Of a stretch of DNA of 64,000 bases, positions 1 to 8,565 are shown one piece after another. Location of the stretch: the NCBI GenBank assembly GCA_022729235.1, contig JALDAJ010000001.1, positions 896,001-960,000 on the forward strand, in the 5' to 3' direction. The notes beneath the pieces were generated by a model that was given only the letters and a program-made list of their open reading frames with translations, was not told the DNA's origin and ran no database searches. Origin of the DNA: Candidatus Nanohalarchaeota archaeon. GTDB lineage: Archaea; Nanohalarchaeota; Nanosalinia; Nanosalinales; Nanosalinaceae. Numbering within the stretch: the stretch's first letter is position 1; every line of letters begins with the position of its first letter. Both the position numbers and the translations under genes were made by a program.

Positions 1-154
1 CTTCACTATTTGCGGTACGGGTTTCGACCATAACCGTGTATAGGATGCGATGTTCTTACATCTAGCGCAAGAACCCTGTTGAGACAAGAAAAAATCCTTA
101 TCTACCTTTTAAAGCTTGGGTTCTATCGGTTGCTATCAAAGGAGGTGTTTAATT

Positions 155-349
155 TTGAAAGGTACAGTAAAATTCTTCCATGACAGGAAGAACTACGGTT
201 TCATCGAGACAGACGAAATGGACGACGACGTATTCTTCCACAAGGAAGAAATGGACGACGATCTACACGTAGAAGAAGGAACTGAAGTCGAATTCGAACA
301 AGAAGAAGGCGACCGTGGACCAAAAGCAGTCAACGTCACAGAAGCGTAA
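155..349 (+). CDS. csp: Cold-shock domain protein
   Basis: KGTVKFF..KNYGFI..DVFFH (RNP1/RNP2) and GPKAVNV; TTG start at 155 preceded by SD GGAGGTG (141-147). Confidence 0.93.
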   Translation: MKGTVKFFHDRKNYGFIETDEMDDDVFFHKEEMDDDLHVEEGTEVEFEQEEGDRGPKAVNVTEA

Positions 350-399
350 GCCCCCTGGGTTTAAGCTTCTGGATACATATCAACCCATATTTTCTCTCA

Positions 400-1095
400 T
401 TATTCTACCCGGTTCTCCATAATATCCAGGAACTCCGGGTCATACTCTTCATCAACATGTTTGACATTCCACAGTCCTGAATCTCTTACCTTTTCCCCGG
501 GACTGTAGTTGCCGAGCCATTCCCCTGGTCTCTCATCGATATTGTACTCTGTACCCAGGTTGCTCAAAAGGGCGACAGCATTCCTCTGGATTACACCCCG
601 TTCACTTTTCGAGCTAGGACGGTCATCTACTTCCATCCACAGCACCTGTAGCTCTCCAAGGAACTCACTGACCTTCTCCTCCAACTCATGCTCCTCGTCC
701 CGTGTACCAGTTTCCGCAGAGCTGTTCCAGTCAGGGTAACGTTCTTCCAGACCATCTCTCTCAATGATAGCCTCACCTACCAGTCTCCGGAGTGCAGAGT
801 TCCGGTGGTTTCCACCACCCGCGTAGTCGCCGGTAGTAGCACCTCTTATCTTCCTCAGACTGTCCCAGAGCGTTGTATCAGTTCCCTGGCTCAGCATATG
901 CGTGCCGACGTGAGTAACCCGTAACTGGCTGGAGTCCTCACGCGTCTCGTCCGGCGCGCAGAGAAAGTAAACACCTCTTTCCGGCCACTTCATATCGCTG
1001 TCACATTCACCTAGCTCCCTGAAACTACCGCACTTCCTCTCTTTTAGTCGCTGAAGAATACTGTAGAAAAGGTTAACATCTTCCTCTCGAGTCAT
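400..1095 (-). CDS. Hypothetical protein, possible GIY-YIG-like nuclease fold
   Basis: 231 aa acidic ORF; GVYFL...RVTHVG...LWDSLR pattern resembles the GIY-YIG core. Confidence 0.55.
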   Translation of the reverse strand: MTREEDVNLFYSILQRLKERKCGSFRELGECDSDMKWPERGVYFLCAPDETREDSSQLRVTHVGTHMLSQGTDTTLWDSLRKIRGATTGDYAGGGNHRNSALRRLVGEAIIERDGLEERYPDWNSSAETGTRDEEHELEEKVSEFLGELQVLWMEVDDRPSSKSERGVIQRNAVALLSNLGTEYNIDERPGEWLGNYSPGEKVRDSGLWNVKHVDEEYDPEFLDIMENRVE

Positions 1096-1180
1096 ACAAC
1101 AAACTGGACACAGCCCGTATAAAGAGATTTCCCAGCATCCTTACCAAACCAATAAAGTATTTACTTTACTACATACTTCT

Positions 1181-1801
1181 GTGGCACAGTCAACATATAC
1201 GGGACAGGATTTTCTGGATGCCTTAGAAGATTTCTCAGGAGCAAATGATAATCTCGAGAGCGCAGCATTTAAGCTAGAGGTGCGTATAGATCACTTCAAG
1301 GAAACCAAGGATTACCACCGGTTAGATAAGGGCATCAACGAACTTACAGGTGCATTGACGGAGATGTGTGATGAGTTCAGGAAAGTCAATAGGATACTGT
1401 CAGGAACGTCTTCTACTGTAGACATGGACCCGCATGACATTATAACCTCTGGCTCCGTCAGAGTCAGAGGCATCAGTAGGCTCGAGGGTGTTGTAAAAGG
1501 AATACACAAGCTCGCATCAGAGTTTGAAAACTATCCTCACAACGTGGATTTCGAGGGCGTGGACTACAGTATTATATGTCCTGCAGTTGCAGGGTTCTAC
1601 AGCCCGCAGAATGTCAACGAAGAATGGGTACAGCTCGGTTATACATACGAGAAGATTGCAAATAATGAAGTCTTGCTCCGAGCCCAACCTACAGCAGGCA
1701 GGACGCCTGTTCAGCGACTCTATGACGAGGACAATGAATTCTACCGTAGCCAGGCTACAGTTATAGAGAGCCAGATGTCGCCAGAAACAGTTGCTGATTA
1801 A
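1181..1801 (+). CDS. Hypothetical protein
   Basis: 206 aa acidic ORF, GTG start downstream of an AT-rich promoter-like stretch. Confidence 0.6.
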   Translation: MAQSTYTGQDFLDALEDFSGANDNLESAAFKLEVRIDHFKETKDYHRLDKGINELTGALTEMCDEFRKVNRILSGTSSTVDMDPHDIITSGSVRVRGISRLEGVVKGIHKLASEFENYPHNVDFEGVDYSIICPAVAGFYSPQNVNEEWVQLGYTYEKIANNEVLLRAQPTAGRTPVQRLYDEDNEFYRSQATVIESQMSPETVAD

Positions 1802-1840
1802 AATTACTTCTGTAATCTAAAACCACTTGACGTCAGCCGC

Positions 1841-1963
1841 CAAATACACGGCGACCTCCAAGACATCTTCCAGAAGATAAACCTGACTCCCGCAACTTCT
1901 GCATGGAACAACTCCCACAGTATTCGTCCTGAAAAGAAGGATTTGGAGCGGCAGAACAGTTAA
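1841..1963 (+). pseudogene. Gene fragment paralogous to the ORF at 3708
   Basis: 1842-1875 matches 3829-3862 at 28/34 nt; QIHGDLQDIFQKI vs EIRGDIQSISQKL; no start codon. Confidence 0.5.
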
Positions 1964-1988
1964 ATCTCTTATAGATACATCTAAGAAT

Positions 1989-2438
1989 GTGAGAACGAGT
2001 CAGGACGAGAGAAGGGTGAACCTAGGGCAGGGACCTCTGCATTACCACCTTATGACCATACCTGACCTCCTTGAAAGCGAATACGACCACTACGACATAG
2101 ATGCTAACCCGCCCTACATCAGGACTGAACCCGTCCTCTCGGGAGAAGAGGTCGACGGCTACTCGATCGAACATTGGGTTGAAAGGGAACTCGAGGTGAG
2201 CATGACTGACTCTCCTATCCGTAACCGCGAGGTCATACTATCCGGTCTGGACAGGAAAGATGGCTTAGACTGGGAAAGGATACTCTCGATAAGAATGGAG
2301 AGCAGAGAGATGGATGCCGAACAAGAAGTTTTCGTGTACGGCTTTACCCTGGACCTCCAGTTCATCATGGCAGACTATGACGAACTAGACTCAGATAGAC
2401 AGGGAGGAACCGGTATATGGGAGTACAGAACCACATAG
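1989..2438 (+). CDS. Hypothetical protein
   Basis: Acidic 149 aa ORF; real start may be the ATG of MTIPD. Confidence 0.55.
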   Translation: MRTSQDERRVNLGQGPLHYHLMTIPDLLESEYDHYDIDANPPYIRTEPVLSGEEVDGYSIEHWVERELEVSMTDSPIRNREVILSGLDRKDGLDWERILSIRMESREMDAEQEVFVYGFTLDLQFIMADYDELDSDRQGGTGIWEYRTT

Positions 2439-2471
2439 ACAGGAACCAGGAAGATCAAGAGAGTGACTTCC

Positions 2472-3026
2472 CTACAACGTGTAAGAAAGCATAAGCACTG
2501 CCATCAGCATCATCCCAAAGTTTTCCACAAGAGTAACCTTTGTCAGCGGGACGTTGAAAACATCCCCGAGACATGCACAAGGCACTTCGTTTCCGTGAAG
2601 AATCTCATTCAGAACACCTACACCTCCGACACCCATCAGGAAGATAGTGGAGATATATGCCGCGACTTCAAGGTTCACGGAGGAACCGGAAAACACGATG
2701 AAGATAAAGAGCAGTCCCAGTCCGATTTCAAGGAAAGGATAAACCGTCGCATAAAAATCGCTTCTCGCCGCCAGCAAGTCATAGCTCTTGAAAGCCCCCC
2801 TGAAACCCTCCATGTTGTAAACCTTGAAACCTCCAAAAGTCAGGAAGAACATCGCCATCAAAGTCTTACCGATCTCCATGACCGCGTACTCACCACGCAA
2901 CACCGAGATAACCGCGGTTGAAACAAAAACAAAACCGAAAACACCCAACAGAGGTGCAAGTTCCTCCAACTTCTTGAAAACTTTCCTGCTCACATAACTG
3001 CTTTCTGCAGACACCGCTAAAAACAT
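2472..3026 (-). CDS. MauE/DoxX-family membrane protein
   Basis: 4-5 TM helices; YDLLA, YPFLE and CACLG motifs typical of MauE-like proteins. Confidence 0.8.
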   Translation of the reverse strand: MFLAVSAESSYVSRKVFKKLEELAPLLGVFGFVFVSTAVISVLRGEYAVMEIGKTLMAMFFLTFGGFKVYNMEGFRGAFKSYDLLAARSDFYATVYPFLEIGLGLLFIFIVFSGSSVNLEVAAYISTIFLMGVGGVGVLNEILHGNEVPCACLGDVFNVPLTKVTLVENFGMMLMAVLMLSYTL

Positions 3027-3115
3027 TTTGATTCCCGTAGAAGCTAGTGTCAGACATCCCTAAGAAAAGATCGCTTCCGCTCCAAAGAAAAACAGTATCC
3101 TGACAACCTATATCA

Positions 3116-3655
3116 CTACAATCCCAGTTTCTCCCTGCGCGCCATCCCAAAACTTGTAACATCCTCTGCTAACACTTCGACATCACATTCAAACAGTTCG
3201 GGAAACACGGCGTGAATCTGGTCCGCAACAATGGCGTTGTACTCAAAGCTCTGGCGGTCGCTGAAAACCGAGAAACCTGTTTCGTCTTCTGGAAAACCTG
3301 GAAACGGTTCATCTCTCGCATAGAAACCCATGTTCTTCGTAGCTCCCTTGATAACCGGTACATCCCATTCATCACTGTAACTGGTAGGGTACACTCTTTC
3401 AAACTCTAGCCGTTGCTCGTCCTCCGCGACGTAAACCCGGGGAACCCAGAAAGAGCTTTCAAAAGTCTCAATCAACTCCTCCATGCTTCCAACAGCAGAA
3501 GAGTAAGCCGTGAAACCTCCTGGCTCCCAGTGAACCACGACCTTGTTTCCCTCGTAACTGAAAGTCCCTTCAACACACTCCTGATCATTACACGAACGGC
3601 GGGCACTCATCAAGGTCTGGAACTCGTAAAGAAGATCATCATCCTCTACCGCCAT
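3116..3655 (-). CDS. Hypothetical protein
   Basis: 179 aa very acidic ORF with ATG start. Confidence 0.6.
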   Translation of the reverse strand: MAVEDDDLLYEFQTLMSARRSCNDQECVEGTFSYEGNKVVVHWEPGGFTAYSSAVGSMEELIETFESSFWVPRVYVAEDEQRLEFERVYPTSYSDEWDVPVIKGATKNMGFYARDEPFPGFPEDETGFSVFSDRQSFEYNAIVADQIHAVFPELFECDVEVLAEDVTSFGMARREKLGL

Positions 3656-3707
3656 AAAAACCCTTTTTTGAGTAAAACTTTAAACCAGACTCGGCGAGAA
3701 CCCCTAC

Positions 3708-4019
3708 ATGAAACAACTCCTCCAGGAGTTAAACCAGCTGGACGAAATCAAGGCGGTCAAGAAGTTCAACGACCGCGTCCTCAAGATACAGTTATTCACC
3801 CGCGACATCAAGGGAAGCGACGCGGTAGAAATCCGCGGCGACATCCAAAGCATCTCCCAGAAACTCATCCGCCGGCTCAACGACGCCGCACGAAAACGAC
3901 CTGGAGGACTACGCCAGGATAATGGAGAGGGAGTTATAGTCTATTCAAGTTCACTCTCAATGTATTCTACTGCTCTATGTAATACTTCCGGGCTCCATGC
4001 ACCAGTTGTCAGTGCGTAG
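3708..4019 (+). CDS. Hypothetical protein, probably 3'-truncated
   Basis: First ~60 codons look coding; the tail overlaps the convergent gene by 79 bp. Confidence 0.45.
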   Translation: MKQLLQELNQLDEIKAVKKFNDRVLKIQLFTRDIKGSDAVEIRGDIQSISQKLIRRLNDAARKRPGGLRQDNGEGVIVYSSSLSMYSTALCNTSGLHAPVVSA

Positions 4020-5113
4020 GTAGATCTATCATCATAATCTACCCGGTCCATAAGCACATTTCCTGCAGCATATGAAGATTCCTTAAATGCGTCATAGAGG
4101 CTCATGCTGCTGTTTTCTACCGTTTGTTCTGCCACAAATTCAGGGTATGACTGGGATAGAACGCTTACGGCTGAGTCAATCTCACCTCGTCTCTCTTGCT
4201 CCTTTACAAACTGTATAAAGGCGCTCCTAGAATTCATGTTGTTTTGAGAGTTATGCCGTAGTATATCAACTCCTTCTTGGGTTACAGGAAGTACATCACC
4301 GTACTCTTCAAGGAATTCCAGCGCCTTTTTGTCACATCTCTTGGCTATACCCTCTATATGTGCCTGTGTAGTAGGTGACCTCGTTACTCTCGGATTAAAC
4401 CTCGGGAATCTGATGCCCTCTGAGTTCGTCTGGTGCACTCCGTGACCTAGTACTTCGTGGAAGTAAGTCCTTATAATATTTGTCGCGTCTACTGTTACTT
4501 CTCCATTATCTTTCAGAACATCGAAGTAATCCTCGCTCATCCTGACCTCGTTATGCTCTCCGTTCCAGCTTGCTCTCTGCTCTCTGTTCGCAGGAATAGA
4601 TACCACATCATACGAGAAGTCATCAGGGAATATGTCATTTTCACGTGCATATTCGTCAACTATCTCCTTAATAATCTGCAGTTCCTCCTTCAAATCAACC
4701 TCTAAATCAGACCTACGAGGATCTACTTTGCTCCGACTTGATGACCTCCAGCTTGACTCATACTCACTTTCGAAATCATACTCCAAGGTATCTTTTCTCA
4801 GTCTGTCATAAGTTCCTTCTCCATGTACCGTATCAACTGCCTCCGGAACCGTAGTATCCGATTTCAGAGTCATGAAATCAGCCATCTCTCTAATAGCATC
4901 TATCCTGTAATCAAGCTCATCCACAACCAGCTCCTCGAACTCGCTATCAGTTTCAACTCCGGAAAGCTGGTTATCGAAGCTATCTAGCTCATCAGCCAAA
5001 CGATCATAACCCACGGGATTAACAGTGCTACTCAGGAAGGCCTCGGTCCTCTTACCCACCATCTCAAAACCATCAACCACTTCCTGAAGCTCATCCGAAA
5101 TCTCAACTTCCAT
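3941..5113 (-). CDS. Putative zinc metallopeptidase (HExxxH type, DUF885-like)
   Basis: YFHEVLGHGVH motif followed by HIEGIA. Confidence 0.55.
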   Translation of the reverse strand: MEVEISDELQEVVDGFEMVGKRTEAFLSSTVNPVGYDRLADELDSFDNQLSGVETDSEFEELVVDELDYRIDAIREMADFMTLKSDTTVPEAVDTVHGEGTYDRLRKDTLEYDFESEYESSWRSSSRSKVDPRRSDLEVDLKEELQIIKEIVDEYARENDIFPDDFSYDVVSIPANREQRASWNGEHNEVRMSEDYFDVLKDNGEVTVDATNIIRTYFHEVLGHGVHQTNSEGIRFPRFNPRVTRSPTTQAHIEGIAKRCDKKALEFLEEYGDVLPVTQEGVDILRHNSQNNMNSRSAFIQFVKEQERRGEIDSAVSVLSQSYPEFVAEQTVENSSMSLYDAFKESSYAAGNVLMDRVDYDDRSTYALTTGAWSPEVLHRAVEYIESELE

Positions 5114-5344
5114 ATTGTCACTTACAAGAATAAACAATTTAAAATCAGGGTCGGAACTGGATCGACCGCCCCCAGAAACAGTACCAAGAGACTAATTTAG
5201 GTTATGATTCTTCTGTAACGGATAGGAAGAGTAGAGGTCATAAACCAGGGCACTATCAAGTGAGTTTGGAGAATTATAACTTGAACTTTTCCGCTGGTAG
5301 AATACGCACAGCTCTATGGAGAAAAACTGTAGAGGGGCAGGAAG

Positions 5345-6562
5345 TTACAGCGAATATGTATCAGTTTTAGGGTCATAAGTTACTATTCTTCCTTGTCGAA
5401 GATCAGTCTCTCTTAACTCCATGAGCGTCTCTCCTGTTTTTCTCAGGGCGTATGTAGATTTGGTTATATCCATGCCATCGTCAAGCGCGAAGTTTGCAAG
5501 CTTTTTTGCCAGATCTATATAACTTGTCTCACCATTTTTCTCAAGATGCTTTATTGCTTGATCAGCAAGCGTTTCAACCTGGCTATCAGGTTCGTAATTG
5601 TTCTCACAGGTGTTATATACTATATCCTTCGAGACTTCTGCTGGTGTATCTTCAGTTATTTTCTCATAGCCATCTTCGAACACAAACTCGCCGAACTCGT
5701 GGACTGCGTCAAGCAGTTCATCGCCTTTCTCAGTTCGATGATACTCGGTGAACGCGCCGGGTTCGACATCAACTACCAAGTCATACTCTTCAAGAGTATC
5801 GAGATTCCAAGCTATATTCTGTATGTCAACGATTCTCTGTATCTCGGAGAAAGATCTGCCCTCGGCCCCTTCAAGTACCTGAAGAGTTCCTGCTGAACCA
5901 GAGCCTATACTATCCCAGTAATCCTCGTCCAGAACGCTTAGTAAATCTTCCTCCTCCAGATGTCCCAGTCCATCTCTTACCCACTCGCCTTCATCCGTCA
6001 GCGTTCTTCCGCCCCCGTCTCTTTCCACCAACTCGAGATTCTCAAACCGGTAAAAAGACTGCGCCGTGAAACTATCGTACGTGCGCTCATCGATATCTCT
6101 GCGGTCGAAATTGTCCTCATCAAGTTCAAATATAATTTCTCTCCGTTCAGGGACTGTAAACGGGCTGAGTACTTCCAGATAATCGCCAAATACCTCTCTG
6201 TCTGTACATCGCTCATCTTCAGAATCATCCGTCTTCTCCTCAAGCCTGCGGAAAATGTCCGCGATATCCTCCTTGCTACCGGGGTCTTCCAAACTACTGA
6301 ACAGGTTAACCAGTCCACCTGGCGCAGAATACTCTGAATACCCCGTGGTCTCATCTTCCTTAATGAGCACTCCCATGTCACAGAGCCGTCCCCTGACTCC
6401 TGATACGGACACAGGGTGGTAACCAAGTTCCTCGGCTAACTCGGCGTTAGTTTTATCGGGATTCAGGAGCGTATTTTCAAGAACTACTAGCTCTGGACGC
6501 GAAAGCTCTGGAACACTTTCTAAATCAGCCGTCTCTGCCTGAGAACTCTCTGTAGCCACCAT
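5345..6562 (-). CDS. Multi winged-helix DNA-binding protein
   Basis: Several wHTH-like repeats (TNAELAEELG..VSGVRGRL..G; LTDEG; SFSEIQR...LEEYDLV..RTEKG). Confidence 0.6.
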   Translation of the reverse strand: MVATESSQAETADLESVPELSRPELVVLENTLLNPDKTNAELAEELGYHPVSVSGVRGRLCDMGVLIKEDETTGYSEYSAPGGLVNLFSSLEDPGSKEDIADIFRRLEEKTDDSEDERCTDREVFGDYLEVLSPFTVPERREIIFELDEDNFDRRDIDERTYDSFTAQSFYRFENLELVERDGGGRTLTDEGEWVRDGLGHLEEEDLLSVLDEDYWDSIGSGSAGTLQVLEGAEGRSFSEIQRIVDIQNIAWNLDTLEEYDLVVDVEPGAFTEYHRTEKGDELLDAVHEFGEFVFEDGYEKITEDTPAEVSKDIVYNTCENNYEPDSQVETLADQAIKHLEKNGETSYIDLAKKLANFALDDGMDITKSTYALRKTGETLMELRETDLRQGRIVTYDPKTDTYSL

Positions 6563-6734
6563 AGACTCACAGTATTTACTAAAATATATAATAATCCGGA
6601 GAAACCAGACCGCTCACAGAAACAGTACCAGGAAATCACAAGGTCCTATGGCAGAGTATTATTAGGTTAGTGTGAAGGGGTAGAGTTTGCCGTGGATAAA
6701 AAGAGGTTTAACTCTACTTGTATGAAATGGCTTT

Positions 6735-7448
6735 ATGGGCTTTGAAGGACTGAAAGCACTGGTTACAGGAGGCTCCAACGGTATAGGAGCAGCCATAGGC
6801 AAAATGCTCGTTGAAGAAGGTGCCGAGGTTATAGTCTTCGACCAGGAGGAGCCCGGGTACGAGGCCGAGTACCACTCAGTTGATGTAAGAGACCACAGCC
6901 AGATAGAGGAAGCCTTCGGACAGATAGAAGAACTCGATATACTCGTGAACAACGCCGGCGTCTACGAACAGGTCCTGACCGAGAACACCGAGCCGGAGCA
7001 GCTGGACAAGATGGTCGACACCAACTTCAAAGGATACTACACTGTCGCCAAGCACGCCCTGCCGTTGCTGAAGGAAAACGAGGGCTCGATAGTCAACATC
7101 TCTTCAGGACTCGGGGAAAGCCCCGAACCTTACTCCCCTGCCTACTCCGCGACCAAAGCGGCGATCAACTCGCTTACAGACGCCTGGGCACAGAAGTACG
7201 CCTCCGACAACATCCGCGTCAACGCGGTGCTTCCAGGACCTATCCACACCGACATGCTGCACGGTGCTTTCGACAGCGAGGAAGAACTCGACGAGTACCG
7301 CGAACTCAACCCGCTCGGCAAGATAGGAGAACCGGAAGACGTCGCCCGCGCAGTCCTCTACCTCGCCGACCCCGGAAACGACTTTGTAACAGGAGCGAAA
7401 CTACCAGTCGACGGCGGAGAATCAGTAGGAACGGTATACACGGAATGA
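6735..7448 (+). CDS. SDR family NAD(P)-dependent oxidoreductase
   Basis: TGGSNGIG, NNAG, YSATK and RVNAVLPG motifs. Confidence 0.95.
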   Translation: MGFEGLKALVTGGSNGIGAAIGKMLVEEGAEVIVFDQEEPGYEAEYHSVDVRDHSQIEEAFGQIEELDILVNNAGVYEQVLTENTEPEQLDKMVDTNFKGYYTVAKHALPLLKENEGSIVNISSGLGESPEPYSPAYSATKAAINSLTDAWAQKYASDNIRVNAVLPGPIHTDMLHGAFDSEEELDEYRELNPLGKIGEPEDVARAVLYLADPGNDFVTGAKLPVDGGESVGTVYTE

Positions 7449-7698
7449 CAGGATGAAGACTCTTCTACTTCTAGTCCAGAAAGGTATCGTCCTTGAAGTA
7501 AAATTAGAATATTGACGAGTAGAATGGCTAAGTTTATCCATAACTGCGGGTTTTGACAAACCATCTTGAGTAGGCAAACTATTTACTCGCCTTAAAAATA
7601 GGTAGGGTGATTTCTCAGATTTCATTTCAACTCAATTTTGCCGGAACTACTGGAACAGCCTCCATTCAACCTTTTAAACAGGAAATCAACTGTTCTAC

Positions 7699-8538
7699 AT
7701 GTCCGAAACAGAGTGTCCAACCTGCGGCAAGTCGGACTTCAGCGATGAAAGCTACATGAAGAGACATCACAAGCTGATTCATGGAGAGAGCCTTCGGCAG
7801 AAATACGAGTGCTCAATTGGAGGATGCAATAATAAATCGTACAATCCGAAATTCTGCAGTCAGGAATGTCTTGGGAAGGCTCGCAGGGCGTATGAGTTCG
7901 GAACTTGTGAAGCACCAGAATGTGACAATGAGACTTACAAGCAGAAATACTGCTCAAACAATTGTGCAAACAAGAATAGTTGGAGGTACAGGGACAACGC
8001 TGCCAAACGGGAAGAAGTAAGGCGAAAATTGTCGGAAATGAGAAAAGGTAAGAAGAACCCTTTTTATGGCGAGACGCACTCTGATGAAGTGAGGGCACAG
8101 ATTTCTGAATCAATAGGCGGAGAAAATCACCCGCACTATGGCGTAACTGGAAAAGATCATCCCAGTTATGGAAAAGTTTCTGGATTGAAACTCCAAACTG
8201 TCGAAGAAACTGGTCATACGGTTAGGTCTAACTGGGAGAAAGAGATCGACCTGATGCTCCATAACGCTGGTATCAACTACGAATACGAGTCAAGGACTTT
8301 TGAGTTGTCAGATGAGCTTACATACACACCGGACTTTATTGTAGAAGATGTAATAATAGAGGTCAAAGGGTGGCCGGATGATAAGTCAAAGCGAAGAGCC
8401 CGGCTTTTTATGCAAGGTTTCTCCCAGTATACCTATCTTGTGATTGGAAATAAGCTTCCATGCGATATATTTATCAAATGGAAAAATAGAGATAGGCTCT
8501 TAGGCATTTTAGAAAAATCGATAGAAAAAGAGAAATAA
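7699..8538 (+). CDS. Zn-finger/NUMOD3/PD-(D/E)XK endonuclease (homing-endonuclease-like)
   Basis: C2H2 finger CPTC..HHKLIH; two Cys4 motifs (FCSQEC, YCSNNC); NUMOD3 KNPFYGETHSDE; RSNWE..YTPDF..IEVKG; AT-richer and less acidic than neighbours. Confidence 0.75.
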   Translation: MSETECPTCGKSDFSDESYMKRHHKLIHGESLRQKYECSIGGCNNKSYNPKFCSQECLGKARRAYEFGTCEAPECDNETYKQKYCSNNCANKNSWRYRDNAAKREEVRRKLSEMRKGKKNPFYGETHSDEVRAQISESIGGENHPHYGVTGKDHPSYGKVSGLKLQTVEETGHTVRSNWEKEIDLMLHNAGINYEYESRTFELSDELTYTPDFIVEDVIIEVKGWPDDKSKRRARLFMQGFSQYTYLVIGNKLPCDIFIKWKNRDRLLGILEKSIEKEK

Positions 8539-8565
8539 GAAAGTGGTGTTAGAGGTAGAGCACCT

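Noticed and set aside
341-369. Hairpin overlapping the csp stop codon
   Set aside because: Single imperfect stem; a plausible terminator or stability element but not distinctive
1129-1145. ttcccagcatccttacc, similar to ttcccagccatccttacc near 16643
   Set aside because: Only two copies with an indel in unrelated contexts; cannot be distinguished from chance
7358-7625. Short minus-strand ORFs between the SDR and endonuclease genes
   Set aside because: They overlap the SDR 3' end, are non-acidic and lack motifs; at most a decayed remnant
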